The position numbers were made by a program, and so were the translations under genes. 62,169 nt of DNA from a virus (taxonomy: Duplodnaviria; Caudoviricetes): positions 1-62,169 of IMG/VR virus record IMGVR_UViG_3300031696_000001. One strand, given 5' to 3'. The notes under the pieces are model-generated. The model saw nothing but the letters and a program-made list of their open reading frames with translations, was not told the DNA's origin and ran no database searches. Every line of letters begins with the position of its first letter. The stretch's first letter is position 1. Of the stretch, positions 9,263 to 15,317 are shown piece by piece.

Positions 9263-9340
9263 TAATATCAAGTGCAGTAGTCTAAATCTCGTTAGCCATT
9301 CTATTGATATTCCTTCCAATCCCTACTACACTTAATATTA
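9263..9340 (-). ncRNA. 18-bp stem with 42-nt loop in the 5' leader of the DnaA-like gene
   Basis: TAATATTAAGTGTAGTAG / CTACTGCACTTGATATTA pair at all 18 positions on the minus strand (2 G-U). Confidence 0.55.
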
Positions 9341-9355
9341 AATTTATTTAGGTGG

Positions 9356-9387
9356 CTAAGATAATACTTTAGTATTACTTTACCAAA
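9356..9387 (-). promoter_or_regulatory. Bacteroidota-type promoter for the replication/recombination operon
   Basis: TTTG-N20-TATCTTAG on the minus strand. Confidence 0.6.
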
Positions 9388-9398
9388 TTTTGTTCAAT

Positions 9399-9734
9399 TT
9401 ATTTTAAATTATTTAATTTATCTATCTCAAACCTAAGATGATTAATGGCTTTCTCAATGTCCTCAATGTGCTTAGCCTTATTATCCATCCCTTGTTCAAA
9501 TTTCTTTCCACACCTTAGTAAATAGCTGGTGGCAGTACCTATATTGTATGATAAATTCCAATCCTCAATTACTTTCCTTGCCTCATAACCATAGACCGAT
9601 CCAATGTAATAGTTTGGTATATTAATATTATCATTATCTGAAACTTTAATAGGTAAATCATTACTACCGAATTTAAATAATTCCTCTAAATTTTCTATTT
9701 GATCCTTAGTTCCTTTAAATTTTATTGTCTTCAT
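9399..9734 (-). CDS. DUF3310-like protein
   Basis: PNYYIG...YEARKVI...YNIGTATSYLLRCGKK...EDIEKAINHL. Confidence 0.75.
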   Translation of the reverse strand: MKTIKFKGTKDQIENLEELFKFGSNDLPIKVSDNDNINIPNYYIGSVYGYEARKVIEDWNLSYNIGTATSYLLRCGKKFEQGMDNKAKHIEDIEKAINHLRFEIDKLNNLK

Positions 9735-9850
9735 TTCTTTATTTTTTTAATGTAATCTGCCATTTGTTGTAGTTTTTGTATGATTTTTTTATTAGGATTT
9801 GGCTTTAATTTCTCTAATAATATCTTTTTATATATTTTAATTTTCTCCAT
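9731..9850 (-). CDS. small basic hypothetical protein (39 aa)
   Basis: MEKIKIYKKILL...; ATGA overlap with the next gene. Confidence 0.55.
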   Translation of the reverse strand: MEKIKIYKKILLEKLKPNPNKKIIQKLQQMADYIKKIKK

Positions 9851-9855
9851 TTTAT

Positions 9856-10224
9856 TTAATCTATTAAGTTAATTTCACTAATTTGCTCTACATATTCCCA
9901 GTACATTCCTATCTCGGAATGTGTCTGCCCATCTTCTCCAAGTCCTACACAAAATACAGTATCCTTACCGAAAGGATCTTTATTACATCCTTTAGAATCT
10001 TGTTTCTCTAACCAATTCATAATCTCTTTACACCAATCATCTGAATCGTACCATTGAATGTAATTGAATGTATAAAAGGTTTTATCATTTGGGTCTTCAT
10101 GTACATGTAGGTAATCTCCATCTGTTTTGTTTACGTCAATTTCATGTTTCCTTAGTATTTTATCAAATTCTTTTGACAAATCTCCAGTTTTTACTCCTAT
10201 AATTACTTTGCTTCTATATCCCAT
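9856..10224 (-). CDS. hypothetical phage protein
   Basis: MGYRSKVIIGV...VGLGEDG; 122 aa. Confidence 0.8.
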   Translation of the reverse strand: MGYRSKVIIGVKTGDLSKEFDKILRKHEIDVNKTDGDYLHVHEDPNDKTFYTFNYIQWYDSDDWCKEIMNWLEKQDSKGCNKDPFGKDTVFCVGLGEDGQTHSEIGMYWEYVEQISEINLID

Positions 10225-10235
10225 TTTATTTAATT

Positions 10236-10439
10236 TTAATTTATACTGGCTTGATGATAGTCATTATCATCATCATCATCATAATACCCTCTTACCGAAT
10301 TCTCTTCTCTCTCTATTGAAGCAAGACAATCTTCTAAGTCCCTTTTTTTATGGGTTTCGTTGTAATTCCCATACATCTCTATTTTCCTTGCCTTAATATT
10401 TTTCAACTCTTTATGTAATCCTTGTAATTTAGTTTGCAT
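10236..10439 (-). CDS. hypothetical protein (likely start MQTKLQ at 10439)
   Basis: The shorter start avoids overlap with the upstream gene. Confidence 0.6.
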   Translation of the reverse strand: MQTKLQGLHKELKNIKARKIEMYGNYNETHKKRDLEDCLASIEREENSVRGYYDDDDDNDYHQASIN

Positions 10440-10446
10440 AATATAT

Positions 10447-10725
10447 TTATAAGTGTCCTCCATATGAATGACCATCTTCATCAACGGGACATTGAAATCT
10501 CCATTCACTATCCATTTCAGTTTCATTCATTCCATCATAATCATCTACCCCACTTCCAAACTCTACTTTTGAGAATGTATACTTTGCATCCATTTGGTCA
10601 GCCCATAATTGCTCGTTATCATTTATCCAATCCATCATATCATCTTGTTCAACATCATTAGGAACTTCAATTTCTATCTCTGTAAACTTGTGGTACACAC
10701 TTCTTTGTTGTATTTTTACTATCAT
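10447..10725 (-). CDS. acidic hypothetical protein
   Basis: 92-aa ORF ending YGGHL. Confidence 0.75.
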   Translation of the reverse strand: MIVKIQQRSVYHKFTEIEIEVPNDVEQDDMMDWINDNEQLWADQMDAKYTFSKVEFGSGVDDYDGMNETEMDSEWRFQCPVDEDGHSYGGHL

Positions 10726-10726
10726 T

Positions 10727-10894
10727 TTATTTAGTTTCTACTGAACACATTATTACTACACTATCATCTAATTTAGATAATTCATTTTCAAACTCTTCAG
10801 CCATCATTTCAAAGTCATAAGTTATACTACCATCTTTATTTCTCATATAGTATGCTGGTACTATAATTTGGTTTACTGCAATTTCTCTTTCCAT
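10727..10894 (-). CDS. small hypothetical protein (55 aa)
   Basis: MEREIAVNQIIVPAYY...YDFEMMAEEFENEL fills the gap exactly. Confidence 0.65.
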   Translation of the reverse strand: MEREIAVNQIIVPAYYMRNKDGSITYDFEMMAEEFENELSKLDDSVVIMCSVETK

Positions 10895-11064
10895 TATTTT
10901 ATTTTTAGTCCATCGTTAATTTTAATAGCTTTCTTTAAGCTAAGTGTCCAGTCTTTGATAACATTATCAATATTTTTATCTATTGTAGCATTATGCTTAC
11001 CCTTAGATTTTTTAAGTTTCTCAATCTCTTGGATTAAGAATTCTTGTAATTTGTTATTTTTCAT
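10894..11064 (-). CDS. small hypothetical protein (56 aa)
   Basis: MKNNKLQEFL...; TAATG coupling to the next gene. Confidence 0.6.
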   Translation of the reverse strand: MKNNKLQEFLIQEIEKLKKSKGKHNATIDKNIDNVIKDWTLSLKKAIKINDGLKIK

Positions 11065-11069
11065 CTTAT

Positions 11070-11345
11070 TTATATTAAATTAATCATTACAGTACCAGCA
11101 TCATACCACTCAGAGTACCATCCTCTTTTCTTTAACTCTTCTTCCCATTTATTAAGTACTCCAAATACTCTGTTATTATGATCCTCAGAATAGTAGTCAT
11201 ATATTACCTCTCCTTTATACTCCTCCATAGATTCTCCACATAAGTGTATACCTCCAGTGCCTCCGCTAAAGTCTTCTGATGTACCTACAAACTCTTGATG
11301 TTTTGATAACCAATTCATCATTTGGTTTCTTTTTATTGCTTTCAT
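11070..11345 (-). CDS. hypothetical protein
   Basis: 91 aa, ...GWYSEWYDAGT. Confidence 0.8.
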   Translation of the reverse strand: MKAIKRNQMMNWLSKHQEFVGTSEDFSGGTGGIHLCGESMEEYKGEVIYDYYSEDHNNRVFGVLNKWEEELKKRGWYSEWYDAGTVMINLI

Positions 11346-11377
11346 TGTTTATTTAAATTTGATTATTAATTCGTTTG

Positions 11378-11409
11378 CAAAGATAAGTAATATATATTTA
11401 TTACACAAG
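11378..11409 (-). promoter_or_regulatory. Bacteroidota-type early promoter
   Basis: CTTG-N20-TATCTTTG on the minus strand. Confidence 0.7.
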
Positions 11410-11430
11410 TTTTATACAACTTATTTACAC

Positions 11431-11778
11431 TTATCGGTAGTCATCACAAAATAATTGCCATTCCATCCATCGCTCAATCTTTACCAGCTCTTTGATGGAT
11501 GTTAATTGCACATTTAATATTAATATTGATTTATCATTCTCTTTACTTATCTCATCACTATACTTTGGCATAATATCATCTCCATCATTGTTATACCAAA
11601 ACTCCCCAATAATTTCTCCACATATTGCCTCTATCTCAATTAAAGAATCATTGTAGTATCCTCCAGTACCTTTGTGCAATGCCTTTGAAATCTTATTAAC
11701 TATTGATTGCATCTCCTTAATTTGCTTATCTTGTTCTTGTGGTATCTCAACCTCGTATACATCGTTAAATACTTTCAT
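11431..11778 (-). CDS. hypothetical protein, paralogue of 12453..12782
   Basis: Shared QIKE..S...KI......TGGYYNDS(L/I)I motif. Confidence 0.8.
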   Translation of the reverse strand: MKVFNDVYEVEIPQEQDKQIKEMQSIVNKISKALHKGTGGYYNDSLIEIEAICGEIIGEFWYNNDGDDIMPKYSDEISKENDKSILILNVQLTSIKELVKIERWMEWQLFCDDYR

Positions 11779-11875
11779 TTTGTGTGCTTTAAATTTTAGG
11801 AATCAACTGTTGACTCCTTGTACCACCAAAACCTCACTACTTTCGTAGCAAGGCAAATGGTGTCCAACACACAAT
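11779..11875 (-). ncRNA. structured RNA motif copy A (GNRA hairpin, GGTA linker, RGGARTCAR/TTGATTCCT hairpin)
   Basis: Hairpins at 11824-11862 and 11798-11818; homologous to 13562-13655 with compensatory changes. Confidence 0.7.
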
Positions 11876-12160
11876 TTATCTATTTAAGGCATTCATTATA
11901 CCTTTACCTATTATCCTTTGTCTTTCTCTAAATTCAGAACAATCTATCTCTACCTTATCAAACCATTTTACATCCTTACTATTATCTAATTTGATGATGA
12001 CATCTCCATATTTATTTAGGATCTGTTGCTTGTACCTAATAAGACTATCTTTATCATACACTAATCTCATACTATCTCCTCCATTAGGCATATGTACTTG
12101 TCCTAAAAATATCTCCATTAACATATCATATGTTAACCATCTTAATTTCATTCTTATCAT
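11876..12160 (-). CDS. hypothetical protein
   Basis: 94-aa ORF. Confidence 0.75.
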   Translation of the reverse strand: MIRMKLRWLTYDMLMEIFLGQVHMPNGGDSMRLVYDKDSLIRYKQQILNKYGDVIIKLDNSKDVKWFDKVEIDCSEFRERQRIIGKGIMNALNR

Positions 12161-12165
12161 ATCTA

Positions 12166-12450
12166 TTATATTTCAGTTAATATTCCGTTAATCTCCTCAT
12201 ACTCATAGTCTTCAGGACATTCCCATTCAGTCCAATAGTAAATTTCATCATTGTAAGCCCATTCAAGTAGTCCATCATCATCTAATAAACTTAGAGGTAT
12301 ATCGTTTCCCTCTTCATCTTCAGCAGTCCAATCCTTACTCCTGAGTAGCTTAATTAAGTCCTTCTTATGCTTGATATATTCATTGTCATTGAATACATAA
12401 CCATCATTCATTCCCTCTCCCGTTACCGAGCAACATCTTGCATATTTCAT
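12166..12450 (-). CDS. hypothetical phage protein
   Basis: MKYARCCSVTGEGMNDGY...YYWTEWE. Confidence 0.8.
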   Translation of the reverse strand: MKYARCCSVTGEGMNDGYVFNDNEYIKHKKDLIKLLRSKDWTAEDEEGNDIPLSLLDDDGLLEWAYNDEIYYWTEWECPEDYEYEEINGILTEI

Positions 12451-12452
12451 AA

Positions 12453-12782
12453 TTATCTTTTTATTTCCTCCATTAGTAATTCAACCTTTACCATCTTAGT
12501 AATTGATGATAATGTTTCTTTTAAGTCCTTGATAGTAACCTTATTTTGAAGTCCTATCTCAACACTATAAACCATACTCTCCTCCTTTAAGTAGTATCCA
12601 TCAGCATCCATTATTCCATTTGCATAAGCAAACTCATCCCATATATAGCTTGAATCATCAGTACAGATTATACTATCATTATAGTAACCTCCCGTTGATT
12701 TACCTACTTGATTAGCAATCTTTCTCATTAAGGATGATACCTCCTTAATCTGTATCTGTTGAATTTGTGTATCTAATTTCAT
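12453..12782 (-). CDS. hypothetical protein, paralogue of 11431..11778
   Basis: Shared TGGYYNDS motif; lies directly downstream of the hammerhead. Confidence 0.8.
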   Translation of the reverse strand: MKLDTQIQQIQIKEVSSLMRKIANQVGKSTGGYYNDSIICTDDSSYIWDEFAYANGIMDADGYYLKEESMVYSVEIGLQNKVTIKDLKETLSSITKMVKVELLMEEIKR

Positions 12783-12808
12783 GTTGTTGGTGTTAATTGG
12801 TATCTTAT

Positions 12809-12863
12809 GATACTGACACTACTTGCGTAGTGTTTCGGCTAATAGAAGCCTCATCAGAGTATC
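12809..12863 (-). ncRNA. type I hammerhead ribozyme
   Basis: GAUACU-CUGAUGA-GGCU(UCUAUU)AGCC-GAA-ACACUAC(GCAA)GUAGUGU-C^AGUAUC: complete core, three perfect stems, GUC cleavage triplet. Confidence 0.93.
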
Positions 12864-12865
12864 TA

Positions 12866-13561
12866 TTATTTGTTATGATGGTGTATGTGAGTCTCTATCA
12901 AATCATCAGAGTATCTCTTGATTACCTCATTCCAATCTATAAGGTTTATATCATTTGCATTGAATTCATCCTCTCTAACTAATCTGAAGAATGTTTGTAA
13001 GATATCCTCTTTCCAATACTCAGTATTATCTAACACTAAACATAATCGGTAGGTTTGGATGTTTGTGTATCCGTTAACCTTTACACTATCCATAATTGAT
13101 TTACCAATTTCATCTCCATTCTCATCAATACAAGCATCATTCTGAGCATCTACCCAAGCATCTGATTGATATTTTTTAACATCAACTGCATCTCCATTCT
13201 CATCAAAATCTCCTAAGATATCCTCATCTCTGCAATCAGGACATATATCACAGAAATCATGTTCTTCTCTTGTCATGTCTTTATCACATACCTCACAAAT
13301 AGGTTCAAACTCCTCTCCAGCTATTCTCGGTAGGAAATGCTCATCCTCTGCATATATACCTTTGAAATCATGCAGTACATCCGTTAACCTATGCTCTAAG
13401 TTATTTACTACTGCTATTACCCATTCTGGGTTTAATTCTACTACTCTGCCTATTGCCGTCTTACTATCTACTCCAAAGTTTAACTGCCAATCTTGGCTAA
13501 GGAAAAAATTCATTGGCATAAGGAAATTTAATCTTGGTACTAACATCTCATCTCTTTTCAT
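12866..13561 (-). CDS. hypothetical protein with Cys cluster (likely start MKRDEML at 13561)
   Basis: CEVC...CDICPDC and two DENGD repeats. The ORF-track start at 13588 lies inside an RNA hairpin, while 13561 follows the TTAAARCACACAA leader. Confidence 0.75.
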   Translation of the reverse strand: MKRDEMLVPRLNFLMPMNFFLSQDWQLNFGVDSKTAIGRVVELNPEWVIAVVNNLEHRLTDVLHDFKGIYAEDEHFLPRIAGEEFEPICEVCDKDMTREEHDFCDICPDCRDEDILGDFDENGDAVDVKKYQSDAWVDAQNDACIDENGDEIGKSIMDSVKVNGYTNIQTYRLCLVLDNTEYWKEDILQTFFRLVREDEFNANDINLIDWNEVIKRYSDDLIETHIHHHNK

Positions 13562-13655
13562 CTTGTGTGTTTTAATGGTAGGAATCAATTGCTGATTCCC
13601 TCTACCTCGAATAACTCACATATCTCTATGCAAGTCGTTCGGTAGTGGTGTTAGG
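13562..13655 (-). ncRNA. structured RNA motif copy B
   Basis: Hairpins at 13602-13645 and 13580-13600; same layout as 11779-11875. Confidence 0.7.
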
Positions 13656-13868
13656 TTAGATAGTATCGTATCCTAACTCAGATAACCATTCGTTATAAAA
13701 TTTGTACATTTCCTCCTTAGTACGGTACATTATACCTGCTGAAGTAGGGTGATTGGATATACTCTGATAGTAAGTAATACATCCGTTACCATCTGACATC
13801 TTCTCCTTATAAAGATATATCTTGTATCCCTCGCAAACCTTGTCCATATGTAATGTGTGTAATAGCAT
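13656..13868 (-). CDS. hypothetical protein
   Basis: 70-aa ORF. Confidence 0.7.
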   Translation of the reverse strand: MLLHTLHMDKVCEGYKIYLYKEKMSDGNGCITYYQSISNHPTSAGIMYRTKEEMYKFYNEWLSELGYDTI

Positions 13869-13886
13869 AATTTATTCTCTTTTTTA

Positions 13887-14162
13887 TTAGTTATTTAGGT
13901 ATAATTCTGATTTCTCAATGTTCTTGATTTCATACTTAGGTAATTCATCTAAGTACATGGTGTAAACATCCCATATTGACTCGCACTTATCATTTATCTT
14001 ATCCCATTCCCTCCCTTCTTCCCCAATTAGATTGGAAATTATATCTCTTGCATCATTACAGGAATGATACTTGCTTAACCATGTTGTTGCCTTGTTTACA
14101 AGGGATTGATTCTTCTTGTTTACTGCTGTAATTGTCTCATCGTAGACTCTAATTTTACTCAT
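13887..14162 (-). CDS. hypothetical protein (first early gene)
   Basis: 91 aa, preceded by TTAAAGCACACAATT and a promoter. Confidence 0.8.
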   Translation of the reverse strand: MSKIRVYDETITAVNKKNQSLVNKATTWLSKYHSCNDARDIISNLIGEEGREWDKINDKCESIWDVYTMYLDELPKYEIKNIEKSELYLNN

Positions 14163-14202
14163 AATTGTGTGCTTTAAGTTAATGTTGTGTTTAAATTCTG
14201 TG

Positions 14203-14233
14203 CAAAGATAGTTTATTAAATTGGATAATCAAC
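14203..14233 (-). promoter_or_regulatory. Bacteroidota-type early promoter
   Basis: GTTG-N19-TATCTTTG on the minus strand. Confidence 0.7.
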
Positions 14234-14435
14234 TATAATTTCAAAAGAATTGTTGTTCCATATACTCAAGATACTGTAAGTGATTGATAATCAGCATACA
14301 TAAGATATCTTAATTTACCTGGTAAATTGGTGATATGTTTATGTGTTTGGGGTGTCGATGGGGTACTAAGAGACATCTCTTTGTCTCTATTAATTCTCTT
14401 TAAGTTTATAATGTGGGGAGTATTGGGGAATCCGT

Positions 14436-14460
14436 AGTCATTAAGGAGTCATTAAGGAGT
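14436..14460. repeat. tandem 11-bp repeat AGTCATTAAGG x2 plus AGT
   Basis: Read directly from the sequence. Confidence 0.9.
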
Positions 14461-14491
14461 AAGTAATGCGTGTAACGAGGGAACAGTAGGG

Positions 14492-14534
14492 GTGTGCATG
14501 GGGCTGAGACTGGCAGTGTGCATGGGGCTGAGAC
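14492..14534. repeat. 19-bp direct repeat GTGTGCATGGGGCTGAGAC x2 with 5-bp spacer
   Basis: Copies at 14492-14510 and 14516-14534. Confidence 0.9.
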
Positions 14535-14669
14535 AAAAAGACGGATTTAAATCAATGAAAATTTAGCTTTTCCAGAAAACTTTTGAAAAAAATATTCGTT
14601 TCCTGAGAGGGGGTGCTGTGCGTATGACATATAATAACCCTCAACCCCGAGACGTCTAAAAAAATTTTT

Positions 14670-14677
14670 TATCTTTG
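14670..14677 (+). promoter_or_regulatory. -7 promoter box TATCTTTG (first promoter of the plus arm)
   Basis: Matches TAnnTTTG, 14 nt before ATG 14692. Confidence 0.65.
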
Positions 14678-14691
14678 CTAAAATAAACACT

Positions 14692-14739
14692 ATGAAAAAG
14701 AAAACTAAAAAGAAAGTAAAAACAACAAAAGGATATTAA
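14692..14739 (+). CDS. 15-aa Lys-rich micropeptide MKKKTKKKVKTTKGY
   Basis: Lies between the promoter and the next ATG (1-nt gap). Confidence 0.45.
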   Translation: MKKKTKKKVKTTKGY

Positions 14740-14740
14740 T

Positions 14741-14968
14741 ATGAAAAAAATGACAAACCCATTTATAGGCTCTGACAATGTAGACGGCTTATATGTAAAG
14801 GACGGTAGACTAATGAATGAACGTGAGGACGGTGAGACTGGTATAGCACAGGCTTCTCGTTATAGAAAGCAAATGAAAAAACAATACAAGATTGATTGTA
14901 TAGCGGACGGTATTGAGCGTGCTGAGATGAGAAAAAAAATGGATCGTTTCGATAAATACGATTACTAA
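14741..14968 (+). CDS. hypothetical protein
   Basis: 75-aa ORF followed by a terminator. Confidence 0.75.
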   Translation: MKKMTNPFIGSDNVDGLYVKDGRLMNEREDGETGIAQASRYRKQMKKQYKIDCIADGIERAEMRKKMDRFDKYDY

Positions 14969-14992
14969 ATAATTTATTTGTTGACTGTTGAG

Positions 14993-15035
14993 AAGGGGTT
15001 GGATGCATTGATTTGATGTTCACCCCCTTTTTTTT
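14993..15035 (+). terminator. intrinsic terminator
   Basis: AAGGGG...CCCCCTT imperfect hairpin followed by a T-run. Confidence 0.55.
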
Positions 15036-15040
15036 ATATC

Positions 15041-15236
15041 CATGACAAGAACCTGTCATACTCATGATAGCTTAAAAACAAACTCGTCATAGCCTAACTA
15101 ATTGGTTTCTATTCTTTTATATTTATTTATGACAAGATGACAAGAATAAAGTAGTTATTCTATAAAGAAAAGTATAAAGAAGAGTAGTGTATATATATAT
15201 ATATAAATAGAAAACTTTTTTTTATCATATTGTCAT
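15041..15236. repeat. origin-like element 2: inverted ATGAY pairs flanking an (AT)n tract
   Basis: ATGAC 15129 and 15137; (AT)n ~15190-15205; ATCAT 15224 and GTCAT 15232; extra ATGAC/GTCAT at 15042-15090. Confidence 0.6.
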
Positions 15237-15277
15237 ATTATATTTTAAATATAATTCTTTACTTTATTTTATTTTAT

Positions 15278-15285
15278 TATCTTTG
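15278..15285 (+). promoter_or_regulatory. -7 box TATCTTTG upstream of groEL
   Basis: TTATTATCTTTGC. Confidence 0.65.
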
Positions 15286-15317
15286 CAGCAAATTAAATCA
15301 ATTTAAATTCTATTACA

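Noticed and set aside
13562-13655. Twister ribozyme reading (CCUAACAC...GUAGAGGG)
   Set aside because: I could not place the loop-4 pseudoknot partner or P2/P4, and copy A lacks these features
14492-14534. 19-bp direct repeat as a mini-CRISPR array
   Set aside because: Only two copies, a 5-bp spacer and no cas genes
14163-15317. tRNA genes in the intergenic regions
   Set aside because: No cloverleaf or T-loop GTTCRA with an acceptor stem seen by eye; tRNAscan would settle it
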